A stretch of 64,000 nt of DNA, from NCBI GenBank assembly GCA_030141605.1, contig JAQGDQ010000398.1, positions 1 through 64,000 on the forward strand. Reading direction: 5' to 3'. The notes beneath the pieces were generated by a model. The model ran no database searches and was not told the origin of the DNA. It worked only from the letters and a program-made list of their open reading frames with translations. The translations under genes were made by a program, and so were the position numbers. The stretch is from Tubiluchus corallicola. Taxonomy: Eukaryota; Animalia; Priapulida. Shown piece after piece: positions 36,150-58,200 of the stretch (positions within the stretch are counted from its first letter, which is position 1; each line of letters begins with the position of its first letter).

Positions 36150-36630
36150 AAATGTCAACAAAATGCTTAAATGCAACAAATGTCAAAATGCAATAAACGT
36201 CAAAATGCAACAAATGTCAAAATGCAATAAACGCAAAATGCAACAAATGTCAAAATGCAATAAACGTCAAAATGCAGCAAATGTCAAAATGCAATAAACG
36301 TCAAAATGCAACAAATGTCAAAATGCAATAAACGTCAAAATGCAGCAAATGTAAAATATGCAACAAAATTTTAATGTTAAAATGCAACAAACATCAAAAT
36401 GCAACAAATGTAAAATATGCAACAAAATTTTAATGTGAAATGCAACAAATTTTATAATGCCACAAACATCAAAAAGCAACAAACGTCAAAACGCAACAAA
36501 CGTCAAAATGCAGCAAATGTAAAAATGCCACAAACGTCAAAATGCAGCAAATGTAAAATATGCAACAAAATTTTAATGTTAAAAGGCAACGAACGTCAAA
36601 ATGTAACAAACGCCAACAAATGTTAAAAGG
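36150..36630. repeat. ~17-18-bp minisatellite (AAAATGCAACAAATGTC)n
   Basis: Many degenerate tandem copies with alternating variants, upstream of the first GAL3ST coding exon. Confidence 0.9.
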
Positions 36631-37955
36631 CAAGTCAATAGCCACTAAAGCTATTGTCAATCCGTAGACAAAACAAGAAACAGGAGAAAAAACAGGAAAA
36701 AATCACAGAAATAAAAATGTTCAGTTGTTATTAAATCTAATACTTTTTTGCCTGAGACTAAAATGAATTTTGGTGCTTCTGTGCCTTAAAAAGCTGAGTA
36801 TGCTCACTAACTTCTAGGCTTAAGTGCCACGCAGTAAAAATTACAACTAGCTATAGCATTTTAACTAATATAATAATTACCTACCTTGAAATTTCAAGAT
36901 CAGAAAATTATGAAATCTACAACACGGGCACACTCTCGTGCAACAATAACACGAAAGTAGCACCTATTGCAGGCAAATATATCGTGATTATCAACTCATT
37001 ACTAAAGTAATATGCTACCTGAGCGCTCATTCACACTCAAATTTGATGCACATTGTAACAAACCGCCGCATCTTGATGGTAAAAAAACTCAAAATGAGCG
37101 GTGCGATTGACACGATGATATAATTATGATTCATGATGGATAATAAGATGGGCACATCGTATCACGCATGCTAGTTATAAAGATATAAGTCTGACATGCA
37201 ACAAACTATAATTGGGATACGCAGGCGCTTTCAGTATTTTATTTGCCAGGTTCAAAGGTCTGCTTAATTAAATAGTCAAAAATGTGATAATTTAGTTTGC
37301 CCCAGATGGAGCTAGCTGGCGCATTAATATGGCGGACATTCTTTCACGATTTCCTTCATTAGTTATGCACATCTCGAGAACGACTCGTGGCATTTCTGCT
37401 GTCAAAAATTCATGAATTTGTTTTTGCTTCAACGATGCATAATATATATAACTGGGCTGAACTGAGTGCTCATACTGACTTGAGAACGTTCGTCTTTTAA
37501 CTAGACTCTGTGAAAAAAATCTGTCAAAATTACGGAAAGCAATTTTAACATAAAATATACTAATTTTTTTCAATAAACGTTGATACTAGTGCACGGAATC
37601 AACAGAATGGCTGTTTGTTAGCCAGCAGTAATATGATCATGTTTACTGCTACTAATGCCTTGCCCAGACTCATGCATTTATATGAAAAGTATAAAACCAA
37701 TTATTGAAAAATAATAAGGTGGAATCTAAAAACTTAACTTGTATTGATTTTTTGCTCGCAGCTCAGAGTTTAGATCAGCGCAACTTAATTTTAAAAGCAA
37801 AAAAAATAACGCAGAAAAATTTGGCTTTTATTACACGACTGTTTCGACGCGAAGAAACTGGCTTCAATATTAGCTCCTCGCAGTCAACATCAGTCATAGT
37901 GACACTGAACAAACTACTAAAAACAAATATCTGAATTAGAAAGGCAGGAAAAGGA

Positions 37956-38175
<220 letters not shown>

Positions 38176-38469
38176 TTTATTTTTAAATAACTATGTACAG
38201 AATACATTCCCTCTATTTGTAGGATAAGCACTAAACGTTTTGTCAGTTTTGGTTGATAGAGTCAGAGAGCATTGAATATCTGCATTGGTAGTGTCATAAC
38301 ACTGACGAATCCTTCCATCTGTCTTTGACATTTAATGGCACAATAAAGTGACGTTTATGGAGCATGCAGATGCAGATGCGTAATGCGTATTGGGGGCTGT
38401 GAAATAGATAAAATCAATGTAAAACTCGTATTCATATCTGTTCCAAGACCCACTTAGCTATTTTGGAAT

Positions 38470-38905
38470 ATTTTAAAACTGCACACTTGGACAATGAGAA
38501 CCGCATGTGATATTAAATACAATGGCCCTTACATATGGAATTCAATTGCTCCAGCTATTAAAAATGCCAAAAATATTTAAAAAAAAATATAAATTAAACT
38601 TACTTGAAACATATAACTGATCACTCAATCATGATTTGTTGTTTTTCATATTCAAAAACTTGTATAGTATAATAATATTTTTATTACTTCCCACCCGTAT
38701 TTATATTTGTATATATTGTAATATTGTATCTGTATATATTGTAATTTTTTTTCGTAACTAATTTCGTAGCCTACCATAAGCTAGCTTCTTAGGTCTCTAG
38801 CGCAGTATTCATGCATTGTATCATATTTTTGTATTAACAAAACCTGATTATCGTGCACATGTAATGTAATGTATATGTTTATGTTTATTGCGAAAATAAA
38901 TCTAT
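38470..38905 (+). mobile_element. CR1/L2 LINE 3' end fragment
   Basis: IKYNGPYIWNSIAPAIKNAK-like C-terminus, then an AT-rich 3' UTR ending in AATAAA at ~38895. Confidence 0.6.
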
Positions 38906-40802
38906 TAAAAAAATGTGTACCACACCAATTATTATCAATTCAGTGACTGTATAACGACGTTGTTCACGTTGTGAAGCCGGTTAATGAAGTCAATGTCATG
39001 TCATGAAGGTCCCAAATCGGACAAACTTGATATCATTATTGTGCTACTGTAGTCTAAGAAGAACTTTACTAATGGAAAAAATTGCACTTCAGAACAGCGA
39101 ACACCAGAATTTTGTACTAAAGCACTATATGTATATTGGAAGTTTGTAACATACATAACAATGGTAAAATATAATGTACATGTGCACTGAAATACAAAAA
39201 ATAAATTAATTAATTTAACAATCTGTAGCAACCAGAATTAATGTTCTTTCCTAGAAAACTGTTGAAAACCGACTTACAAGCGTCAATGTTATGCTAGTTG
39301 TGTGAGAAAAACTTCTGTTTACAACGATGTGCGGCAGGTGGCAACACCTTCTTAGGCTTGAAGCTTAAGTTTACATAATAATTGATCGCGCAGGACAGAA
39401 CAATTTTGCCAAAGTAATCATAACTTTTTTTAAAGTTGCAATTGAGTACATAAAAGATAATTATGATCATAGGTTATTAAAACATTGTGGTCTCCGCGCC
39501 AATACATGTGCCTAATATTTACACAAACCACGTATTACTTAAGGGCGCATGATTATAGCATAATTGCATCCGTTGTGTTACGCATAGTTATTAAACAGTA
39601 AACTGTTGAATGAACCCTGTTTAGACCGGTTTTGCTAGAACGGCTTCTCCAAGGGCAAACTAGTACACTAGAAGAGATCTAGAGTACTCTGTACCACGTG
39701 GTGTACTGATTGAACTCAAGCACGTAATGTACTTTTGCTGATATTAATTGCGGCGTAACCATTTAGTATGGCGCCTAACCACCCATGACATACAGCTAAT
39801 CGGCATTAATATTTAGGCAAAACACGTTATTTTACTATTGATGTGTCTACTCAAATTTATTCGAAACATTTTCACTACTTTCACAATAAAATGTATCCGA
39901 AGTTTAGACGGCGTAAAGTATTTTTCTTTTAGTATCTTGACATTTAAGTTATTTGTGGAGCTAAACTGCTGTAGTTATATAGGCCTGTTTAGATCTATAT
40001 CGCCTCCTTTTAAGGTTATTTTGCCCTCGCTTAATATATTTCATTCTGGAAAATAAAATTGGAAATTAATGCAATGGCATCTGGTGTCTGTATATTATCA
40101 TAATCAAGTTCCAACTGGCCCATGGCGTCTGTAACTCATAATTGTATTACATTATATTAGCGCGTCGCCCTTATAATGAATTGGCCTATACAAAGTATTA
40201 CCAAAAAATATGTAGATCATTGCTAGTGCACACGTGTTCACAACAATGGTATAAAGATATAGAAAATAATGATTAAGTAAGCCTAGTTGGTCACTAGAAT
40301 TGTTTCAGAGCAGAACTATTTGTGCTTTATTCAATAAATTGTAGAGCGCAGTGGTTTCACGTAGTTTAAGATGCATAGAGTTATTACTTTTAAGAGAAGA
40401 TGAAGGCATGTAGTTGTCAATTCACGCGGCATCTACGATCTGTCAACTTTTCAAAATGAAATTACGCACGGCCTAATGTAATATTCTAAAACTAGAGAGA
40501 AGTAGCCTGACTTCCTCGTGTTTGGTTCTAGCAGCGTGTATAGTCTACTGTTTAATAATTTAATGACTCTAATACCAGGGTGGTGGGAACTGTTATTGAT
40601 TAAGTTAAGTCTACGAACACCTGACGCAAACGCAGTTTCCTATCATGCAATAATACATTTTACTGAGCACCTTTGAATTAAATGACTAACATTATTTGGT
40701 CTCGAAGCTTCATTGTTCAGTTCCTTTTTCGGTATTTTAGTACGATGGCTATAAACCAAATAAACATGAATGAAACATCAATATCAGAAAAGAAAACTAG
40801 TT

Positions 40803-41897
40803 TTACTGCAACCCAACGAATTTTGAAATTGGAGGTGGGTCTACCATTAATTCTTGATATTTCTCCACAAATAACCTCAATCTGTTCATGTAAGTATCTT
40901 CTTTATATGGCAAGTTATGCTTCTGAAGGTAAGCTCTCACCACAGGTTTAACTTTCAGACACATATTGTCAGACAACTCTGGAAAAAGATGGTGCTCCAC
41001 GTGGCAGCTGATGAGCGAGTGGCCAAAGCAATAATCCAAGACAATATTTCTTGACAGATTCAGACATCCCGTAGACATCAATTGCAGTCTGCCAGGTCTT
41101 GTTTCCTTGGAGTACATGGGCAATCCAATATGTTGGAAAATGTTAACGTGAATGTACGGAATAGCCATCACAGATCTGCTAGCATATAAAGTAAATATCG
41201 CTGCAGGAACACTTAACCCTGCTACTTTTACAAACAAATACAGAAGAATTGATTTACCAATTGCCATATTAACACAAAATTTGAAAACTTTATTCCACTC
41301 TCCCCACATTTTCTGAATAGAAACTATCGGTGTCAGTAAAGGCACGGTTAGTGGTGCGCAGAACATGTACGTATAGCGTCCCAGAGAAGGCGCCTTCCAG
41401 GACGAACTGTCACCAAGTCCAATGACATTAGTGTGTGGATGGTGAATACGAATGTGTATCTCATAAGCCTTTTCAAGTGAAAAGAAGCCATAGGTTTCAA
41501 CAAAGACAAAGGACCAGAACATGCTCCATGGACGTGACGTCGTCAGCCCACCATGGGCAGCTAGGTGGCCTCCTTTATTTGCAACAGTGCTGTGTACAAA
41601 CCCCAAAAGAAACACGGCCAAAGCGTAATTTCCAAAACCACCAAACTGCAGCAGCCTTAAAGACAGAGGAAACAATACACACACGGAAAAACCAATAATC
41701 GACCAATCAATGCCATGTCTTTCCCACCATGTGCTGCTTTCCTTTATTCGTTTCACTTCACGTTTTAGGTCTCCATAATCTGGCAGTTTTTCAATGTTCT
41801 CGAAATCTTGGCTAATGCTATGTTTGCTAGAAGAAATAGCGTTGAAATCACCAGCTTTTCTGGAATTCATATCCACTGTTTTAGTAAAACACTGCAA
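40803..41897 (-). CDS. FADS6: Fatty acid desaturase 6-like membrane desaturase, single coding exon
   Basis: 364-aa ORF with SSTWWERHGIDW, His boxes HLAAH, HIRIHHPHTN and HVEHHLFP, plus GLGDSSSWK, HVNIFQHIGLPMYS and LSDNMCLKVKPVV, all characteristic of FADS6. Confidence 0.92.
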   Translation of the reverse strand: MQCFTKTVDMNSRKAGDFNAISSSKHSISQDFENIEKLPDYGDLKREVKRIKESSTWWERHGIDWSIIGFSVCVLFPLSLRLLQFGGFGNYALAVFLLGFVHSTVANKGGHLAAHGGLTTSRPWSMFWSFVFVETYGFFSLEKAYEIHIRIHHPHTNVIGLGDSSSWKAPSLGRYTYMFCAPLTVPLLTPIVSIQKMWGEWNKVFKFCVNMAIGKSILLYLFVKVAGLSVPAAIFTLYASRSVMAIPYIHVNIFQHIGLPMYSKETRPGRLQLMSTGCLNLSRNIVLDYCFGHSLISCHVEHHLFPELSDNMCLKVKPVVRAYLQKHNLPYKEDTYMNRLRLFVEKYQELMVDPPPISKFVGLQ

Positions 41898-42774
41898 ATG
41901 CTATCTGCTTGCTTGTCTCCCGAAAGACTTTCTGGTTGAAATTCAGCCTCAATATTTAGCCTGTCATTTTAATCTAGATCACTGGTCAGAAGGGCAAAAT
42001 TTAGCACAGAACACACACGCTTGCGCTGATAGGAGTAGTCACAATTTTCAATAACCGACTAAGAACTGCATGTGAACAGTACCAGTTCAAGGATAATCTG
42101 TGAGATGTGCCAAACATTCTGTAAGCAAGACGCGCGCAGCGTTGCGCAACCGCTTGCTGTAATTCTACCAACGTGAATAACTAGCAATCGCCTGAACAGT
42201 TGTTGAGCAGTGAGCATTCACTGTAGAGTACACTAACCTGGGCCGTCCAATCAATACTATTTCCGCTCTATAGGCATACGACCATAGATATAATCTGTCA
42301 AACAGGCTGCACTTTACCGTTTGTTTGAAAGACAACCGGGGCATCCATTCCTCTCAAAAATATTGAGGACGTTGACATATTTTTTTACATTTCGTATCAA
42401 TAATTCTAAAACATGACCCAATTGTTTAAATTGCTTTTTAAGAAACAAGCTATTAAAAACTTAAGGTATTTTTACTCTGAATTGAGGCTGATAAGTTCAC
42501 ACAATAAAATGAAATGCCAATCGGATTGCTCTTACAATTTTTATTAAGGCAGAGAATACTCTGACAAAAATTTTATACATAGTTGCGAAGCCGTGCGCTT
42601 TTTCTACGCAAGTTTTAAAAATCAGCACTAATAGCTTAAACGAATCTCACAACCAAAACAGCCTTATCAAAAAACTTACAAGTTATGCGAAGCAGATTCA
42701 AAGATCACAATTGAGGTTGTTCCAAAGTGCTAGAAAACAATGTTTGAAACAGTTTCATACGACTAGATGATAAA

Positions 42775-51402
<8,628 letters not shown>

Positions 51403-51504
51403 TTTGTCTCCCGAACAAATAACTTTAACAAAAATACCCGCATTCGCCCTTTCATGGTTCACCCATGAGTTTCCCAAAAAACAGCTTAGCGTGGTAAACT
51501 GTCT

Positions 51505-51519
51505 GTTGCCAAGAAAAAC
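51505..51519. promoter_or_regulatory. X-box (RFX)-like motif ~100 bp upstream of the SAXO ATG
   Basis: GTTGCCAAGAAAAAC; a second candidate GTTACCATGGATCC lies at 50452-50465 in intron 1. Confidence 0.4.
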
Positions 51520-52059
51520 GCGAAGGCACGTCACAAGTTATTTTATGACGTAATTTGTTCTAGGGACTATCACTCTAACAGTGCTTCTATACCAAACAGG
51601 TACTAAGAATACTGAGACCAATGGCTTTTAGGACAAATAGTCTGCCCTAGTAAAACATTAGCCAGAATGGTGCTTTTCCTTTTCACTTCTATTCTGCAAA
51701 ACTCCGATGTCGTTCTACCACATGGCACAGCAGAACCGAACATGAAAGAGATCTTAGGAGCAACAAGTCTGCCGCCAACCGATCAGCTAAGATAATCATT
51801 AATGTCGTTGCCCAAACATACGAACAATTATACATGATTTATACGATACAATCAATTTTTACATGATTTATATATAATAAACGCTTTACAAAACATGAAC
51901 ACAAATGCCATTAGCAAATCACACACTTAAATAAACATCGCATACAGGNACACGTCCCTACAAATACAAGGCTCTTTTTAAGCGTAGTTGATTAAAAAAC
52001 ATTAATTCTTAACAAAATTGATTCGTCCCTTTTAATTTAGAATCACGTATTATTGAAAT

Positions 52060-52340
52060 TTCATGCACATAGTTAACTAACAGTTTCTTAATTACCACAT
52101 CTCCACTTTTGTTTAAAAATATAAATTTATCAATATCACACATGGAGAATTCCGGAAAGATATCTGATATTTGATTTTAGAAGTTCTTTCTTGACAATAA
52201 ACATTGCATTGCATACTAAAGTGAAATTCATCTTTCGTGCTCCCATTCTTGCATAAAGTACATTTTCTCAAATCAACAGGTGTTTTAGGTCTGGCACATC
52301 GAACCAGCTTCAATTTGTAATCTATGCGCGCTAACACGGA
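52060..52340 (-). mobile_element. LINE ORF2 zinc-knuckle 3' fragment
   Basis: LRKCTLCKNGSTKDEFHFSMQCNVY; same type as 28319-28615. Confidence 0.7.
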
Positions 52341-52959
52341 ATTTTGTGTTAGCCATTAGGGCTATAGCTTAAGCGCTCAGTAGGTAGCTGGTAAAGGGTA
52401 TGAGAAAAGAAGCAAATACGCAGATTTGATACAGACTTGATGTTTACTGAGCATATAAAGGTCATAGATCTATAAAAAGCAACAAATAAGATTAACGTTC
52501 GAAAACGTATTTGAAATATCCATGCTTTCTTTTAAGTCACTTCCAACACAGCAGTCTAGTGCAGCTAGAAAGGGCGCAAGTTTCAACCTTAGAACTTGGG
52601 CATCTGAGACTGCTAGCAGTAGAAGTGTGTAACTTGCAGGGGCGCATTAACCAATAGGCTAACTAGACTGTAGTCTAGGGCGCTAAAGTTTTAGGGACGT
52701 CACATTTTAGAAAAAATTCTTATTCTCCTCGGAAAATGTGTATACTTTCATATTCATGTAAAGGGTACATTTTATAACACACCACAGGCAGTTACAGGTG
52801 CAAGGTATTACACAACAAGCAATTACGCAGCTTGCTTGAATATAAGCGCTATACAAATACGTGTAATTAATAACGATCACGTAGAAACCAGGTTGTGTTT
52901 CTAATACACCACAAGTAATCCGCTTAATCCTCTTTTTTTCCAGTATGCTTCAACCAATC

Positions 52960-53390
52960 ACTTTCGTGCTCACAACTTTACTGTTTACGTCTTTTTCGAT
53001 ATTAAACCCATCAAAATCTTCATTTGCTAACAGAGAGTTGTAAACATTTGGAATGCTCTGGATTCTCATGTAGTTCTCATTTTCAGTTTGTCAGTTTTCA
53101 CTAAAAGATTAGCTAATTTTAATTTACTGCCCTATTGCAACTTTATCCGAAACATGTAACAATCGTATTATTGTATAAAACGTGTTGTATATAGTATATA
53201 ATTCATATTTAGGTACATTTTATTAGGATCTTTTTAGTGAGAGATATTAAATTTTAGGGTACTGTTTTTGGAAATTTTATTTTTTTGCATTTTTTATGTC
53301 TTATAGGATCAGCGTAAGTGCACTTGCTGATTCTTTCTGTTATACAATTTTAATATATGTATAAATGTCATTAATAATAATAACAATAAA
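52960..53390 (+). mobile_element. CR1 LINE 3' fragment
   Basis: Frameshifted FANR..NIWNAL..F.KRL-like C-terminus followed by an AT-rich tail. Confidence 0.5.
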
Positions 53391-55299
53391 ATGAGCCTTG
53401 ATTGTGTATAAAGAAATCAACGGGTCTAGCCCTGGTTTACATGCAAAATTTATTTCAACTGAAGCAAAGTCAACACTATTTTAGGGATAATTTAAAGTAC
53501 TAGAGTTGTAAGTACGAACCACAAAATGTGTTTAATACATGTAAATGAATGAGAGCAAAGCTATGGAACGCTTTACCTTCTCATGTTAAAAACTTAACTG
53601 AAATAAATTCATTTAAAAAGGGAATAGAAATTTGAAATGATCAACGGTTCAACTCTTTACCTAACTGCTGGACTCACTGTCATTCCGTTCTCACTCCTTG
53701 TCGCAACCAACATGAACAGGACCAAATCTGTACGAAGTGCCTGGCGCCTCTGCAAGAACTTTAAAGACAGAGACCAGGTTGCTAGGGTGGAGTCCTTGAA
53801 TATAGACCCACGAAGTGAGCAGATGTTGAAATTTGTAGCAGAATGTAAAAAAACATGAAACATGAGCACTAAGGACTGAATTTACCTTTGTTTTACATAG
53901 CAACTTGCGATCAACATGCCAAACCAGGCTATTTTTTACAACGTTCTCAGGAGGTGGTATACTTGTTTGACTACTATAGATTCTTTCACACTTTTTCCCT
54001 TATTGTAATACAATACTAAACATACTTTTACTATACATCCAGTCCTTGCACTAACATTTAACAATTTTCTTTAAAAACTAAACTCATAAAAGAGCTGTTA
54101 TGAAACAGTAAACTAACTATGTATTACGTTTACAACTTCACATTTCACTTTATTTATCAACAACTGATTTTATTTATTGACATGATTAAGTGATTTACAG
54201 GAACAACACAATTTTCAAATTAACTGACAGCCATGTACTGAACAATCATGTAATGCACAAGAGTAATACATTATAGCAAGGTGACATTATAAACTTTGAT
54301 TAATTTTTATATATAGTTCAGTACATTGCAAGCGAGGATCCAGCATTCAGTATAGGTAGAGGCAGGACCGAAATCTAGCCAATCTTCGAAGATAATACAC
54401 TGTACGGGCAGGGGACATGCATATTTCTTCCTTCAGGGACAGTATAATAGATGAAATTACGAAAAGCACTTTTACTAGCAGTCACCCATCCATTTACAGA
54501 ACAAGCTATTCACTACATAGTTATTTACCTTCGGTGAAGCATGGTACAGGTGTAACTATTTTTTGAATGATAACCAATTAAGCTCTAATAATACCATAAC
54601 TAAAGTCTGCACTTAGAAAGTAAATTGAAATGCAATTACAGTATATCAACTTAAAGTTAAAGTCTGCTATCATTCGTGAACCATCATCCCAAGTGCAAAC
54701 ATTCAAAACATTAACAATTTGTTTACCTGTCAGATAACTTAATTGCACCTATAGCTGTACACCTTGCATTTACAAGAAAAAAACACAAAAATAGCAAAAA
54801 CAGGTAAACAAGTATTACTTTTCCAAGAAAACAATTACAAGTGTCTACAGTATACAATGTGAGGCAACATCATACCATTAATTCACTTACTGTAACAAAA
54901 TCAAATCTTGTGCCTCAACATAAACAAGGAAACTAAAACTCTTCGCAAGCGAAAAAATAGAACTGGTGAAAATCCATCAGCCATTGGCACATGAAGGTTT
55001 TGCTTCAATCACCTTTTGGAAAATAGTCTCAACTAGGACCCACCAAACAAAAATAAAGGTAAAAATAATGCCAGTAGAGCAACAGGCACATCAGAAGCAA
55101 AACGAATGTGCCAAAAGTAAGGAAAGCTCCTGTTAATACCAGAAAAGTCCTTCTGGTGATTACTGAAGACAAGCAGAGCTCTTTGTGTTCCACCGAGACG
55201 GAAAAGCTACACAACATCTTGCTCCATAGCTGTGCATTATCTGACCTCAAGCGTTTTTCACAGCTGGGACTCAAACACTCTGATTGCCAATGGTGATCA

Positions 55300-58200
55300 T
55301 CATAAGGTAATCATTCCAAAAAGCATTGGTACCATTCGCAGGCAGTTCCGTTGCAGTTGCAAGGCATCACCATATGATTTGCAGGCATCTACATCTTGTC
55401 TTAGTTCTGCCTCTTGTGCCTCAAAAACAAAATAATAATATATTAAAAAATGCCATGCTAGACACTAACCTTTGAAACATATTCTGGGGCTGATTAAAGA
55501 CAAAAAACACAGATCCAATGGCTACCTATGGAAAAACAAATGTTAAGCTAGAATAACTTCCTTTGTAAAGCTGCATGACAGGTCCAATCACAACGAAGTA
55601 GTGGACATGCTAGTCAATACACGAAAATCGATTTGCATTGGGCTGCTTCCATATCTAAGACGTTCAGAAAGCAAAAGACAGCAAGAATGATTTCAATGAT
55701 TTATATGAGTAGTCTTCATTTTAGCTACCAACAGTAATGATAATTTCACAGTTAATAATTCCAATGTTTGGCAATTGCTTCAGTAAGATAACATCTCACT
55801 TCTAAAAGTGGTGAAAAGGGGTAGTGCAAGCTATTATTAGTGCAAGCTAGCATAAAATAAGCTATTATTAGTGCAAGCTAACATAAAATAAGCTATTATT
55901 AGTGCAAACTAGCATAAAATAAGCTATTATTAGTCAAAGCTAGCATAAAATAAGCCATTATTAGTGCAAGCTAGCATAAAATAAGCTATTATTAGTGCAA
56001 GCTAACATAAAATAAGCTATTATTAGTGCAAACTAGCATAAAATAAGCTATTATTAGTGTAAGCTAGCATAAAATAAGCTATTACTAGTACAAGCTAGCA
56101 TAAAATAAGCTATTACTAGTACAAGCTAGCATAAAATAAGCTATTACTAGTACAAGCTAGCATAAGCTAGCATAAAATAAGCTATTATTAGTGCAAGCTA
56201 ACATAAAATAAGCCATTATTAGTGCAAGCTAGCATAAAATAAGCTATTATTAGTACACACACTGCATCCTGATAACATTTAAGATAATGTAAATAAAGTT
56301 ACAATTAAGACAAAGCAGAGAGGTCTAGTAAATAGCTGTATGAATTACCTCAAATTTCTGCACTTCCACTTTTAATCTCTCATTATCGTTAGCCAAACAT
56401 TTATGCACATTTCTCAGTGTAAGAATCTCTTCACTTCTTTCTAAAAATACAAATGTTCACATTATAAACAATAAGACAAATGCTGCGCATCTACTGCTAC
56501 ACCCGATATAGAGACAAAAAACAGTTAAACTCCCTATTTGCTATAAAGGGTATATTATATATTTGATTTACAATTGTATTTCTATAAATATCTGCATATT
56601 GTACAATAGCCATGAATAGTTGTTGCACCTGTGAGTAAGAAATCACAGCTGAATTGTTTGCTTTTGCTTTTGCTTGCGCACGAATTGTCTTGGACATGTC
56701 ACTTGGAATATATTATACCGCGTTTTTTAAATAATGAAATAAATTATGCATTTAATTTGCTAAACACAATGATGTACGATTTCATAGCATTCTCAACAAT
56801 TTTGTATTTTTGTACACACTTGTATATCGTATAATAAGGTAAAAAATAAATAAAATTTATACTGCAATCATCCGTTCTATCATTAATTGCAGTTTTTGCC
56901 CAAAGTAAAAACTGAGTGGTTGGCACATTTTAGCAAAAAAAAACAAAACAAACAAAAAATACATCACATCATCCAACCTTTTAATAGAAGTCGTACGTTC
57001 TCACAATACTGTGGCATGTTCATTGGTACCGATGTCAGACTGGAAAAACTATCAGTCGTAACTTCGATACTGTCCTCCTTTGATAAAATTCTATCGATTG
57101 CTTTTTGATCATTTTTAAAATCTTCTGGAATATGTAAGAAAAATTGAGTAACCGCTATCTTTAAATTTTTAAAAAATGTGTTTGAAAAAGAAAGATGCAA
57201 TTCTGAAAATGGAAAGCCAATTAACCTAATAAATTACATTCACAATTGATGCAAATAAATGACACTTTTTAACTGCTCAATGTTTGCCAAATATTTATAC
57301 AACACTAAATAGATGATATAGGTCAGTTTCATTTTAAACAAATCATGCTCCTTCATATGCTCTGAAACACAATCATTTTGAAAAAGCAAATTTGTTACAG
57401 TCATTAACTCTGCCAACAGAAGAACTTACTTGTAACAGAGTCAAGATGAATTCTGCCCATCAAATGACATTCTTTATGATGTTTCGAGCTAAACTTCACA
57501 TCACAGACTGCACAGTAATAAGCTGAATCAATTTCCTAAAAAAACATGACATTATTACCAAGTAATAATGGCTGGGCAATTTTTTTTTGGTAAATGGATA
57601 CTGAAGTTTTTAAGCAACCTGTACATTATCAATTATCAACAGCTGGAAGATAGGGCATGACACAATTTCAGTTGACTTTATGTAACCACATTAGATAAAC
57701 ACGAAACATAGTCTTGATTCTTTAGAAGCCGCATGCATCGCAGTTAAGTATAGGTGCACTTGGCTGGCCTTAAATCCTGGCAAAACATTTTACAGACAAC
57801 ACAGATGCCATTTCCTCATTAAGACCCCAATTAGAACAACATCAGAATTGATCTAGCAAATTGTGAAACATGAGAACATCAGTTTGCCACTGCAATTAGT
57901 AAAAAATCATATTTTGCAAAGGGGAAGCTCATAACACGTTTTGCTTAATAACGTCTTATAAATGTCATTTGATTTTGGGACGGCACTTTTTTAACATCAT
58001 AATAACACAGTGCATAATTTGTGCAAGGCTAAACAACTAATGGTAAACTAAAAAGATGACAAAAATGAATAAAACTTGGCAGCAAATCCTGTATGTAGTT
58101 TTTAGACAAATGTTATTTATTTACTAGCTGTGACAAAACAGCAGAAGCTAAAAATTAGAACTCTGGAGCAGTTATATAAAATACCAGTATAACAAAGTAC

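Noticed and set aside
41435-42054. Plus-strand ORFs overlapping FADS6
   Set aside because: Antisense shadows of the real CDS.
53637-53903. Three overlapping ~70-aa ORFs
   Set aside because: No recognisable domain or linkable exons; cannot be supported.
55822-56254. 31-bp repeat as a CRISPR array
   Set aside because: Units abut with no spacers; intronic minisatellite.
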